Origin: Ramazzottius varieornatus
Taxonomy: Eukaryota > Animalia > Tardigrada
Length of the DNA stretch: 64,000 nt
Reading direction: 5' to 3'
Assembly: GCA_001949185.1 (NCBI GenBank)
Contig: BDGG01000002.1
Location: 7,802,448 to 7,866,447 of the forward strand
The translations under genes and the position numbers were made by a program. The notes under the pieces are model-generated. The model did not search any database. It saw only the letters and a list, made by a program, of their open reading frames with translations, and was not told where the DNA came from. Positions 24,320 to 37,709 of the stretch are shown here, one piece after another. Each line of letters opens with the position of its first letter. Position 1 is the stretch's first letter.

Positions 24320-24895
24320 ATGACTGGACGCGGAAAAGGAGGCAAAGTCAAGGGAAAGGCCAAATCTCGATCCAGCCGCGCTGGACTGCAGTTCCCCGTT
24401 GGTCGAATCCACCGAATGCTCCGCAAGGGAAATTACGCTGAACGGGTTGGTGCTGGCGCTCCCGTCTACCTGGCTGCTGTCCTCGAGTACCTCGCTGCCG
24501 AAGTGCTGGAGTTGGCCGGAAACGCTGCCCGCGACAACAAGAAGTCCCGCATCATTCCCCGTCATTTGCAGCTCGCCATCCGCAACGACGAAGAGGTAAG
24601 CTAGTTTTCTGTTCAGTCAAAACTCGCTTGTTGTGACGGTTGATTGGATGTGCACCAGTATTTCCCCATTTTCTCTTTGCAGTTGAACAAGCTTCTGTCT
24701 GGAGTAACCATCGCTCAAGGTGGTGTCTTGCCCAACATCGCACCTACGCTTCTGCCCAAGAAGACCGGAGACTCTGCCATGGCTCAGGACAAGGGTGAGA
24801 AGGCCTCGGCTGGTGGTGGTGGTGGTGGTGGTGGTGGAGACCGCAAGAAGGGAGGAAAGGCCAAGGAAGCTGCTGCCGAATCTCAGGAAGCCTAA
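24320..24895 (+). CDS. H2A: Histone H2A with an extended Gly-rich C-terminal tail ending SQEA (H2A.X-like), one intron (24596-24682)
   Basis: Exons 24320-24595 and 24683-24895, 162 aa. Canonical fold followed by [21 protein letters not shown](G9)[18 protein letters not shown]. Confidence 0.96.
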
Positions 24896-25121
24896 AATTC
24901 TCCCTAACTGGCTTTTGTTCTGTTGTACCACCGAGAAATTGTTGACTTTGAAAGTGCCGTTTCAGTTCATCCGTGTATATTGTGTACAGTTCGAAAATCT
25001 TAAATTTATTGACATCACCAAAATTAGATTTCCTTCGTTGTTTTGAAATGAGCTGGTTTCAGCTTTGAAGGAGTAGCAGTGGAAAGGATCGGAAATAACT
25101 TACTGTAAATAAAACTTAGTT

Positions 25122-27232
25122 TCACCGCAGAAACTTCCGATGGTCTTCCGGTACGAATTGCAGAAGACCTGAAATTAAAAAGAAGAAATTACTGTAGTTC
25201 ATAGCGGTTGGAAGAACGAGAGCGATGGAACTCCCTTGAAAGGACGATTTTCACGCACGTCACAAGTGCGCCACAGTATCGAGAGGAGGCTGTTCAACGT
25301 TGCAGCCTCCGAACCTTAATTTTATTTTATACAACGGCTCAGTATCTCACCTGCTTCTTCCATGGCAAGTTTATTGAACAACCTCTTGAAATATTTGTGA
25401 CCAGTATCACAAAGACAAGAAACGATGGTTTTTCCAGGTCCCATTAACTTTGCCACTTCCACAGCGGCAGCCACGTTGAGACCTGACGAAGCACCACAGT
25501 AGAATCCTTCGTCGTTCAGCAAACGGAATGTCTGGAAAGAAACCAAACTTGTAACGAGCGACACAAAATAAGCTTCTGCGGGCGAAAGAGTACGAGAAGC
25601 AACTCACATGTTGCATAACTAGATTATCCGGAATGGCGACTGCATCATCGATCGGCGCTCCTTCCAGGTTCTTGGTGACTCGTCCTTGCCCAATCCCTTC
25701 CGTTATGCTGCCTTCCTTGTTCTTTCCCACTCCGACGAGCCTTTCCAGCTTTCCTTCTTTGACCCAGTTGTACAGAACGCTACCTTGTGGATCAGCAAGG
25801 AAAACCTTGATGTCTTCGTCACGTTCTTTCAGGAAGGTACCCACACCTACAGCAACCCAGGTAGAGTGGCGGAAAGAACGGACATTGGAAGGTTCCATTT
25901 AATGACATTATTTTCTGCTTGTTCGATAGTCCTCGTTCTTAACCGCGAAAAGCTCCAGTATGTGTCTTGAAATTAGAAAGATATTTCCGAAGTACCTGCA
26001 ATGGTTCCTCCGGTTCCAGTGCCGAAGACCACGGCGTCAACCTTGCCTCCAGTCTGCTCCCATATTTCTGGACCTGTCGTTTCGTAGTGAGCTCTTCTGT
26101 TCGCAACATTGTCAAATTGGTTAGTCCATATCGCGTTCTCCAGTTTCTCGGCATGTCTTTTGGCTTGGTGGTTGTAGTTGTTAGGATCAGTGAAGGGAGC
26201 CACCGGGACACTAGTCACTTCCGCCCCGAGGTTCTTCAAAATCTCTACTTTCTCCTGCAAACAGCAACCATACCATCACATTCTTTTCACACTGCCCATA
26301 CACCAATGTATTTCAATTTTGACACGATACCCACTATTGACTGGTTGTTGGGCATGAAGATGACCAGTTTGAGCCCCAACGCCAGGCATACATGCGCCAA
26401 TCCGATACCCGTATTCCCCGCGGTTCCTTCCACTACAGTTCCACCTGGCCGAATTTTACCTAGGACAGAAAGCATAAAACACTCGATTGAAAATTAGTTC
26501 AAACTCCTTGTCGTAGACTGACAGGCTTGCAAACTGATGTCGATGATTCGTAGCGCACAGAAGCCTAACTTCCGGTGGGCAAGTGCAGGAGCGTTATGGT
26601 CGAAGCTCGTCACCGGAAAATTGGCGTAAATGAGATCACACACCTGTTTCGATGGCGTCTTTCAACAGGTACAATGCAGCTCGATCTTTAACAGATCCAC
26701 CAGCATTTGCGTATTCTCCTTTCATAAGTATTTCACAACCTAATACACAGAAAATGGTTCGCCAAAGCAGCATTTCCTGGGACAAAGAACAAAATTCATA
26801 CGATCGTTCGAAATAAGAAATGTCATTCTTTATGTTCTGCCAGCTACCTGTTTCTTGGCTCAGCTTGTTTAGACGGATCATCGGAGTCCTGCAAAGACAA
26901 CAGCGGCTCCGGAACAATGGATAGAGCCTGCATTTCAGTCAGGAAAGAAGCATAGTCTTAAGCGGACCAGCTCTGGAGTGACGGAGTACGTACCAGACAG
27001 CTCACCTGCCAACACTTCCGGCAAAGCCATGCCTTATTCCATCAGCCCACTTGATATGCTGCTCCTTAGATGTCAGCGTGTACTTTTCAAACTCCATGGG
27101 ATCGGGTTTCACCAGATTGGCTCTGGCATGACACGTTCCAGCTGTAGAAAACGAGGCCAGCTGGAGGAACGAGAATCTGTTGCATGTAATGCTGCTGTTT
27201 CCGGGACGGGTGCATCTCAGGATCAACCGCAT
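25122..27232 (-). CDS. PLP-dependent cysteine synthase of the fungal CysB/Cys1a and alphaproteobacterial type, with a probable mitochondrial presequence
   Basis: [79 protein letters not shown]; last exon [15 protein letters not shown] at 25168-25122. About 8 exons, with no heme or CBS domains. Confidence 0.92.
25241..25290. repeat. Degenerate, collapsed copy of the palindromic element in the last cysteine synthase intron
   Basis: ACGATTTTCACGCACGTCACAAGTGCGCCACAG retains the right half-site. Confidence 0.4.
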
Positions 27233-30200
27233 CGTTGGAGGTATAGGCATTTGGTTCCGGAGAATATGGAATATAAACCACCTACTCACTAGCGGGGATC
27301 AGGCTTAAACATAGTGGACGGAGATGACGGGACTGCAAAATAGTTGGAGGGTATCGGAATCTGACAGCGAATTACCCGAACAACTGGCGCGTAACGTCAT
27401 CGCTCATGACAAACTCAGTTGAATGGATATGATGCACTTGCCGTCATTTTGACTTGAAGACTGATTCCTGAAGGACATGACTTTAATTTCCGGTCTAGAC
27501 TCCTTCTGGAAGCTCTCGATCCAGTTCTAGCAAGACGTTTGCACCGTGGGTTTGTGTTTAACAGCAGGTTTAGGTTTGCAGGTTGGCCGAGTAGATACCG
27601 CAAACATGCCTAAACGAACACGAGGATTCAAGCGGACCAACACGAAGACCGAAGACGCACTTCCAGAGCGAGTGAAGAGCGACTCGGCCGAAGTATCTGT
27701 CCACAAAGAAGGATGGAACGATCTCAGCTACGAACATCATCTGAGACATCTGCGACCATCTTTCCACGGTGCAGCATCTGAAAAACCGATGGTGAGCCTA
27801 ATCATGCGGAAACCACGATGACCTAAACCGTATTGTGCACTGCTTTTCCGCAGGGTTTCTTCGACGTGGAACGATGTCTTACTGAAGCAGCTCTCCACAT
27901 CCGCTGTTGTCAGCTTGCAGTACCCAGATCTGAAGAAGTGGGAAACAATCTTCTGTTTTCTGGTTCGAGTAACGCGTCGGATAGTGAATGAGAGAATGGT
28001 CAAGTTGGTCACAGTGAAGTCTCGACAGCTGATTATTCTTTGGCAACAACCAGGACGATCGTCTTTCCAATTGGAGACATGTTTTTTTTGGGTGAACGCA
28101 ACTATCGTGGCCATCTTCCGCTGGGACCATGAATCGACAGACTTCTCTGTTTTCATTGTCAGGTACGTCATGTCAGTTTGTGCAACGCTAGTCTGACTTC
28201 CGAGGCGAGTCCCGCAATGGAGCAATGGTTTTTCTACAAATTTTTCGGAGAACATCGTTCGCCAGCTCTGGATCTTCCTAACAATGTGCTCGTAACGGTC
28301 CACGGAATCTCTGCTGCGGTGGACCCGACTGCTTTATTGGACATGAGCCTGAAAGAATTTTACAGGGTTCGCAGATGGAAAACACCTTGGCCAAAACTGG
28401 CGTTCAGGCTGGACGGAAGTGTGAATCGGTTCAAGTCTTGGGCGGAAACGCTACAGTAACAGAACGATTCAGCATAGAGCGTGCAATCAGCTGGTTGCTC
28501 GTTCGCTACCGCGCTGAGACAGGTGTCACAGCGTTATGTTGGTTCGCTTTCTGAATAGCAGAGTCCTTACGATTCGGAAGAAAGGTCCTTGTCGGCAAGT
28601 TGCCGGTACTTCCGGTGGCAGCACCGTCGCCCATCTTTTCTTCTAGTTCACTGTCCGGCGACGTACTGTTTTGCTAACTTCTCTTTGCTGCACACCATCT
28701 TCGCGAGTCTCGAGGGAAAGTAATAAGTGTAGAACTTCGACGTTCGGAACAGCCCATAAAAAAAGACTGGTGGCTTTGCGGGCCGGAAAACGAATGCGAA
28801 AAAAGGAGATTGGGCTGATGCCTGAACTCGGGAACTTCGGATGGAAATTCTCAGTTGTTAAGTTCATTGAACAAACCACCGTTTTCTGCGATACCAAAGG
28901 AAACCGTAAGAGCACAAGCGAAGGAAAAAGTTGTCAGATTTGCATGTGCTGTTCACAGGTCAAAACTGGCTGCGTAAACTGCAGGCGACCTCCATCCTCA
29001 CCAGGAAGACAGGCTGCATGTGCAGGAAAATCTCGTAATCGTCGCTAGGCTGGTCAATTATCTGACGAGCAGTTGCAAAGCTCAGAACCGAAGGGGGAGG
29101 CCAGACCCAGAGGAATGTTACTCAGACTTGGCGAAAGAAGGGAACAGCACGAGAGGCGACGAGAGAGATGGAAGGCGTCGGGCTTCTTCTCAAGCGCAGA
29201 GCAAACTGGGATGGGCTGCTCACTCTTCTGGCCATCTTTTAACGAGCATGACTTCAGAAGGCACGAGGGGAAAAGGGTAGGATAGTTTTGAAAGGCTAGA
29301 GAGACTTGGAAGAGAATGAAAGAATGAGAGATGAGCCCTGAACAAACGCCCAAGCTAGAAATTCATAATCAGTTCCCTTTCTGGCCGTCATTGTTATGAT
29401 TATGATGGTATTATTTTTAGCGCGGACTGCTACTTCTTACCTCGATGCTTCTGTTGCTTCTTTCTCGCTTCGGGCCACGACGATGGCGTCATGATGGGCG
29501 ACTAGAACGAGTAGCGAAAAGTGAGTTGGCGCCATCAGAATATCGTTATCTTCGATTCTTTGCTGCCATTACGCTTATCAATTACATACGGTCCGCTGTA
29601 ACCAGTTGTTGAAACTCACCAGCGAAATCCAGTTTTCTGTGAGTTGATGGAAAGTCTTCACTGTGAAAGAATCTAAGACGCGTTATACGTTGGTAAGTGA
29701 TCTCGACGAGGCTTTGCTTACGTTTGTAACTTTTGCTGAGTAAGACCAGAATATGACTCTGTCTCGACTTTCAAGCTTGCACGGCGTCACCATTTGAATT
29801 CTTTCGGCATGTCGATCATCTTTTGACTGGCGCCGAGCACTGTAGACCGCCTAGACAGAGGCAGTTCTCTTTGCAAACTTTGGTATACGAACTACGAAGA
29901 CAAACACAGCAGCCCGAGTACTCTGAAAAATATCGATAATTATTCATCATCAATGAGTTTCTAATGCCAAGCACCTTCATACCTTTCACCTTAGCTCAAC
30001 GAGCTGTACCTTGGTCGGAACTATCAGTACCTACTTTGCTCTATCTTTGTAGTGGCTGTATATTGTCTTTGCCCAGTCTTCCGTCCATCGAGCAAGAGAG
30101 GAAAAGAGTCGCCATTACCGTCGTCGTCGTCCTTATCCGCCTGTCTTTCCTTTCCTATCGTCTCGACGCTTGACGCTGCTGGTCTAGCCGCAATCTTCGT

Positions 30201-30608
30201 TCGCTCGAAAAGCTGGCTTGGATGGACACTCGCGCTCCAGTAGCACTCCGTACTATCCCTGAAATGACACAAACTGCACGATTAATCCCCACAACTTCGA
30301 CGTTCTGGATCTACGAGCTGAAAGTACCAAATTGGTACTTCCTCCATACCTGATTTGCTGATGTTTCGGACACTGGCCACTTCAAAGGGTTGATTACCTT
30401 TCCGATTGATTGATGCTTTGGAGACTTTCGGAAGCCTCTATCGACTGATTATTTGATTGGATCAGATTTAGAACACTGTTTTGATTTTATTGATTGCTTT
30501 GCGCCAGCCTGCCCAAATTTGTCGCATGACTCGCATCATTGCGACATTTTGGCCCAGGACTTCCTCCTGCCAATTTTATCCTTTCCAGCGGAATACTCGG
30601 GCGGATGT

Positions 30609-33600
30609 ATGCTTTGTTGGTCAAAGCGAAGGGGCACTAGCCACAACTCTCTATGGAAGATCTACACCAAGCGCATGCAAGAAGAAGCCACCGAGAAATC
30701 AGCTGCTGAAGAGCATCATGGTCTTCGTTTCCTTCGCCATTCTCCTCATTCGCATGCAGTATCCGCTACAGCCTTCTCATTCCCCCTCATGTCCGAATCT
30801 TCTCCGCCTGCTTCCCTGAGCCTGAAAGATATGGTTGAGTGGTTCTCTGCCAGCTGTTTGTCGCCTGCTCAGGTTGCCATGCTGAAGAAGATAGCCAAGA
30901 ACTATGAGACTTCCGGTGAGTGCGGAGAGTGCATCTTCCTTCCTCGCCAGGTTCGCTGTCCTCCGTCGTCGTCTTCGAACTACGTTGATATTAGCCCTGT
31001 GTACCTGCTAGCGCAAGTGCTACGCTGGCCTGATCTCCAGATTTCCTCCACCAAAGACCTGCTGCGACTGAGGCATCTCTGCAGCAGCCAACCTCCACCC
31101 TCATCCATTACACTCAGCAGTCATCTCCGACCGGAAGTGGCCACTTTGCAGAGTAAAAAGCTGTCGCATTACTCTCTCAGCTGCAACGTCCTCAAAGCTG
31201 CGGAAGCAAATTCTCCTCCGCCAACCTCAGAAGTGGAATGCTGCAATCCCTTTCACTGGTCACGCGAGGTGCATTTGGGTAAGTTTGGCCTCTTATGAAA
31301 ATAGATCTTTCTCTTTGCTTGCGGTTGCAACTTCGTAAATGTCCTCGCGTCATGCTTCCAGTTTCAGATCAACGTGTGTAAAAAATCTTCGGGTGCTGTT
31401 CCAAGCTTGTAGTCTTGCAGTGTTGGTAGAAAATGGTGGCTTTTTGCAGCTTTGTTTGAGGATATGAAATTGTGCGTGAGTTTAACGGGTAGTGCAGTTT
31501 AATCAGCGTAGGACCCCGTTCAACTCACGCAGTTTGATGACTGTGGCAGTGCGCGAGTTCCTGTGGGCTCTGACCCGTCTACGTTGCGCAGTTGATTCTT
31601 GTGCGAACATGCGGTGTTGCGCAGGTCGATATGGGCAGGTGGTATGGGTGTTTTTTCTGTTGTTTGTGGGTGTATTTCGAGTTTGCAAGGCCGGTTCTCT
31701 TTTAGAGAGGTTGTCGCAAAGAAAGAAGGCTTCAGCTATCCGGGCTTTTGGTCCTGTTATCTGGCGTGATTTGTGCCCAGGTGAAGGTGCAGTCGACGGT
31801 AGTGATTAGAGTGTATGAAAGGCGTTCCCGACCTGATCAAAGTCATTTACGAGCTTGAGCTGTGCCCGCCGCGCTTGCCGTCGTCCACCAGAAGCACTTA
31901 CGAAGAATGAAGATAAGGATGGCCGCCATTACCCGCCAGGGCCAGGCTAGAGTAATGCAGCACCGGTGCCTTCTCAATAGGTAGCAGTGAACCAGGCCGA
32001 GAACGACCAAGGCTTGCTTGTGCAAAAACTGCTTCCGGCTGTTCACTTAACAGTTTTGTTTTTGCCAAGCTAGGATACACTGGCGCCGGAAGCACATGCT
32101 AATCAGCGAGGAAAGTATGTGAGCTGATTTTTTTGCTGAACACACATCCGCTTCATCTTGAGTTTTAAGAAAATAGAAAGTGAGGCCGTCGATACCCATT
32201 AGACCGAAAAAACTCCAGCCCGGTCATGATAAACGACCAATGCTTTCCAGATTAGTTTTTCAGGCATTTCGGTCCTTCAGGGATCAGGAAAGAAGAGGAG
32301 CGAAGAGGTTGGGAAGCCGGTCAAAACGAAACGTAGACGATCGCTTTCCAAAGTTGGCGCACGCTTTCAGCCAATAACAAGGAACAAATGCGCCACTTTA
32401 GAGAGCCGGCCTTCCAGTTTAGTTTTTCTGTATGCAGATTACAGTTTTCGGAGGAACCTTTCTTTTCGGGTGTAGCAAGGTGGATGAGCTGTAGAAGCAA
32501 GACGAGGAAGTTTCGAAGGAAGTAAGGTGTTGGTTAGACCTTGTTAATGAGCGATAAAGACTTTTATACGGTATGTACAAATGGGAGCACCCAAGGGTGC
32601 GCATGGCGACGGTAGAGCCATTATCGACTTTTTGTCAGCCCCCACTCCGACTTTACGCTCGTAGTTACATGCGAACTTATTAGTTCGTAAGCAGTGGTGG
32701 AGCACGCAGTCAGGTCAGAGTCAGAGTCAGAGTCAGATGATGCCTGATTCACTCCCAGCAGACATTGGACTCTGTCCACCTGCAACAGGGCGTAGTCGCG
32801 CAGACGGGCGAAGCATTGAGAGATGCAAAACCGGGACGACAACTCGACAGGACTCTCGTCTAGACAGTCCAGCTGCAATCAAGGAGGGGAAGATGGAGTA
32901 GATGCGGTAATGTATATCACACGCATATGTCAATTCATGATCGAGGTTGTGATGGAGATCTGACGTCGCGATTAACAATTTTAATGTGTCCGACAGGCGG
33001 TGATGCAGTCAGCCGAACGGGACGGAAGGAGCCGTCAGCGGACTTCGATCGAAAAGGTGGCGCCGACCGACCATTTCCTCGCGTGGCCATCTGATTAGAT
33101 AGGAACGTTGAGGTTTTAAAACCGTTTTCCGGCCGGAAAGTATAATAGTTTTCAGTTTCGGTACGAGTAAACTATAGCTAGGCTTCTCGGGCCAGAAACC
33201 TCGTCCTCAGCTGCTGCTGATAATGATTATCATTCTCGGCCACTTCAAACGAGGCAAAAGTCAACGGAAGCTTATCGACCTGCAGAATGAATCTCCTGAT
33301 GAACTAAATTAAAACTAGACCTTAGCGTTTTGGCTGCAGTTTGAATGTCAGAAGCAGTGATGCGCGAGTTGAGATGGGTACAATAGATGTTTGTTTCGGG
33401 TTCCCCGACCAAAGTCGCGCACTGGTCCTTGTTCCAGTCTGACTTGCTTCTTGGGCTGACATGGCATCGAAGCCTTGTGGAGAACTTTGAGGTCTTCGAA
33501 CTGAGCTTACTGGATTATGAAAGTTTGCACGTCTCCTGCGAAGATGAAGGTCGAATAAAGTTCGTACCAAACTGAGGGGGGAAACTGAGGAATTTTAATA

Positions 33601-36600
33601 TTGGCGCTGGATGTTATGGCGGTTGTAGAGTTTGTCATCGAAATGTCCTGTGGGATTCTGAAGAGAGTTATGATTTGTGGTTGTGACACGATGGCGCATA
33701 GTTGGTCTCACGAGTGGCGCCAGGAATTGCGTGTTTGTTGGGGACATGTCGGGTTCCAGGAAGATGACTTCCGCTGACAAGCGCCTGATCTTGACTGCCT
33801 TGCTACTTAAAAATATGCGGTGGCGACCGGCAATTACCAACTTTATGCAAAATTGCATTGCGTCTTTTGCATGTTTTAATAGACTATGATGATTTATGAC
33901 CGTCTGCGAACTTCCGAACTTAATTGCTGCTAAAATAATCATGAAAATGCGACTGGTGAACCCGGTTCGGAAACGGTCGAATTTTTTCACTGTCTTTCCA
34001 TCTGGAGTTACATGGCAGAGCATGGTTTAAACATTTGAAATTTTTGCGTTGCAGCGTGGTTAACTTTCTTATTTCTCGTAGGGCTTTTGATGGGTGATAT
34101 TTCTGCTAGTCGTGACAGTGGAATTTGTAATGGCGGTTTTCAATCACTGATTTCATTCTTTGGGGTGAGAATTCATAGGCAGGCGTCGCGACCATGAAAA
34201 AGCTTATTGATGCAAGAGAGATTTGTGTGTTTGTTTGTCGTCGTTGGCTGCAGTGGCAGTCAGACGCCCGCGAAAGAGCATATTGAGGGTTTTGGCGGTT
34301 ATCGCGGTATGGAGTAGCCATTTTTGTAGACCGTGATAGCGTCATAATCATCAACATGGCGACGAGCGATTGTGAGACACATCGATTATGGCTTTGTATT
34401 GACGACAGAAGAAGTTGAAGCACTTTATCATTGTGTCGGCGCCATTAGAAAATCCCCCCAACCACACAAACGCAGACGTAACCGTCTGTACAGTAGACCA
34501 ACTACTGTGGGCACTCTTCAACGATGTCGGCAGCAGTTGAAACTTCTATCTTTTCATATCTGTTGGTATAAAGAATGAGCATTTCGCGTGGCGCGTATTT
34601 TTGAGTATGTCGTCTGCTTCGCGGTTACAAGCGACGGAATACATATATAACAGTCTGCTTCCAACTTTATCAATTTCCTCGTTCGCAATCCTATTCTAAA
34701 GTCTTTAGCGCCTAAGAAATGAGCGTGTGTATGTTGCACATTCGCAAGGAACTATCAGCGTTCAGATTTCCGCTTTCCGGTAAGAGGAAACCTGTTGCGC
34801 GAAGTCATGTGGGCAGCAAAGATTTTAATTTAAACTTTAAGCTCAGTGACTGAACTTCAGTGAAGAAGAAAGAGCAGCCGACTTTTCTTGATTTTTTTCC
34901 ATGATTTTCCCGAGGTTAAAAGTGTTGCGCTGGTCTGGAAAGTTTTGCGACGAGGTTTGTCGCGCGCGCGAATCACTCATTCTGGGGAATATCTGTTTGC
35001 ATAACCTGGGCAATTGGTGTGCACTTCCCATCATGCTCATTTATAGAAAGTGATTAGGGTGGACTGTATCGGTGTAGCCGTGTGGGTGTTGTCTTTGGAG
35101 GTCGATGACGCCGTCGACGGCGCGGGATTATAATTCGCTGGTGGCAGAAAGACGTCTTTGAGGGCTTATGCTTTCTCTTTTGACCAAATGATCTGCTTGA
35201 CGTACTAAGCTGCTCTAAATGCACTTGTCACTGTGTTTTTACCAGAATATCGTCTGCCTACTTTCATGCTTCTTTTTGCATTTTGCAGAGTCTCCAAGCG
35301 GGCCACGCATCTTGCCGCAGAATTCCTCCTCCAACCAAAAAACTTTGTCAGCGGACTCATCCAGCAAAACCCTTCTGAATATGCTCTACAATCCTCCCGG
35401 ATATCAAGCTGCCGAAACCGGTCAGTCTTCCGCGAATAGTTTTTGGGTTGTACTTGATCGTGTTGGCGTCGATTTATACTGACGAAAGTTGTCGGTTTCA
35501 GAGAGTGTGAAAGACTTGTCGGAATCGAGCAGCAGCAGCGAAGTGATATCGCCCAGTTCTGCAACTGGAATCTCCCGAATTGCCTGCGGTCAAGTTAGTG
35601 CTGGTAAGGAAACCCATCATTCTCTCAGGTTGAACTTACCGAAATATCCGAATTCATTGCTTATAAACTTTCCGTGCTGGAATGAAGCTCGGTAAACAAA
35701 CGCGGCATGATGTGCTACCCAAGTGGCGCACGTCAACAGTGTTATTGGCTGTGGCCGTGCGCCACTTGATAAACATCTTGGCGAGTTTGATTGTTTTTCC
35801 ACAGTTGCGCACGTCTCGGTGTTGTTGGCTAAAGGCGTGCGGCACTTGGAGAAACGATCTTGCCGAGCTTGTTTGGCTCGTTCTCAAATCTGAAAACGAG
35901 CATATCTTTTGCGATGAGTTCGAATTTTGTCATTAATAGTTTGTTTTTGTTCTTGCAGATTCGATTCCCCACGACCTTGACCGGTTTTGGGATAGTCCCG
36001 GCGGCCAGCAGAAGAAGCAGTATTACGCTGCCTCACCTTCCAAATCCCGGTCACACCACTGGTGTCTAGTTCGCTATTGGGAAGAGTCGGCACCTTTGGG
36101 TCGTGCCCACTTCTCAGTCGTCCATCCGGTCCTCAACGTCTTCCACGACACTCCTGCCGCTCTGTCCTCTCAGACCAGCCAAGGAATGTCGGTGAAGACC
36201 CTGGAGAACCCCAAGCGTGAGAAGAAGACGGCTGATCTTCGTGCCAGAATCGGGCTGGGCTTCCAGCTGATCTTGGACGAGGAGGAACGCGTCGTCATCA
36301 TCTACAACCGCTCCAGCCTTTCTCTGTTCGTCTCGTCAGTCTACCTGAACGAGTCAAGCAAAGAGAAGGCCAATCCTCGCGTGGTGAAAGTCCCTCCGGG
36401 TTACTCCATCAAAGCTTCTCATATGGATTTTGTGCCTAAACCGAATCTGAATGAGCCAGGAGTTTGCAGATGGGATAACATCCACGTTTCCTTTGGTAAA
36501 GGATGGGGTGAGAAATACTCTCGGTCCAGTCATTTGAACTGTCCTTGCTGGGTCGAGGTGGTTCTCGATAATGTCCAGGCCGATGTGAGGAGAACCAGAT

Positions 36601-36602
36601 GA
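30609..36602 (+). CDS. SMAD6/7: Inhibitory Smad (Smad6/7, Dad-like)
   Basis: Exons 30609-31278 (MLCWSKRR..LWK; LLAQVLRWPDL; ECCNPFHWSR), 35289-35420 (PPGY), 35502-35603 and ~35960-36602 (HWCLVRYWEE..VSFGKGWGEKYSRSSHLNCPCWVEV). No SSxS tail. Confidence 0.88.
32311..32415. repeat. Palindromic element copy 12 (single core, right arm shortened), I-Smad intron 1
   Basis: GGGAAGCCGG..GATCGCTTTCCAAAGTTGGCGCAC-N25-ATGCGCCACTT..CCGGCCTTCC. Confidence 0.82.
32709..32737. repeat. Short (GTCAGA)n tandem repeat
   Basis: GTCAG-GTCAGA-GTCAGA-GTCAGA-GTCAGA. Confidence 0.8.
35684..35885. repeat. Palindromic element copy 13 (two cores, period 81), I-Smad intron 3
   Basis: Cores at 35722 and 35803 with 25-nt spacers GTGTTRTTGGCT. 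Confidence 0.88.
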
Positions 36603-37709
36603 TAATTTTCGATTAATCTTCTTTTTCCTGATTAATGAATGTATTTTGCATTGGTTTGTTGAGATAAACTTACCTCCTTCGCCTTCAGTCTCATGATCGG
36701 TATTATTATGATGACGCTCAATTTTAAACAGTCTTGTTTCTTGATATTCCTACCCCTCGTTTCAGAGGTGTGTATTATACAGTTATTAAGCTTTTTGCAT
36801 TTTCATCCCTAATGCGGGAAAGGTTGTTGGACGTGACTTCTTGTCGAATTTTGAGTTTTACCCGTAATTTGTTACCCTTCTTCCTGCCACTCTCATGTTT
36901 GATATACTCTGAAAAAAGTTTTAACCGTTGTTTCTTTATCGCAGAGATGTTTTATCTCTTCTGTTGTTATATTGCTTCAAAGATTAAGTCGTCGCGAACA
37001 TTATAAAAGTGAAAAAATTCGACTGAATGCTTCTTCGAGTTCTCCGACCGTCATTTCTATGTAGAGAAATTCCGGCTAAAAAGATGGGCAGATAGGGAAT
37101 CGAACTTGGAACCTTCGGTGAGAATGTGGGACTGGAGCTCTGTTATGGTAGTGATGGTACTCCAGGTTAAATGGGTTCTCGGCGCTTTCGGTGACGGAAG
37201 ATGGAAGATTTGACATAAACTTTCGGGAGCTAAAACATGCATCGAAGTTTGGACGCCACTACTGGATATGAATGCACGATATGTCGGCCAATGTTTGCCG
37301 TAGTGGTGCCAATGGCCTCGCGCTTACACCAACGCGACTGGCGTCGTGCGAATCACAGAAATATCAAATGGCCCCGCGATATTTGTTAAATTATGCGATA
37401 ACCAATATCGACTGTGTGGCAGACATGGCGACAGAGCAGATGGCGGCATGACGCCAACAGAGAAGTTTGACAATCTTCTTTCACATTTCGACAACGTCCG
37501 CCTTAATTAGTTGACGTTTCGTAACACCAACGCAGAGAACGCGAACATGCAGCCGGTTTTACGGGGCACTCCGAGGCCAGCTCGCTTCGGTTACTCCGGT
37601 CGGGTTATGGTGCCAAACGTTTGATGGTGCTGGAAAAGCAAACCTGAATTATATCTTAATTAACTACGGAAAGTTTACCGAGCTGCGGAAAGTTGCGAAG
37701 TTTCTGTAT

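Noticed and set aside
27737-28634. 188-aa ORF on - and neighbouring fragments, possibly a decayed gene
   Set aside because: No recognisable domain, and a consistent exon chain could not be built
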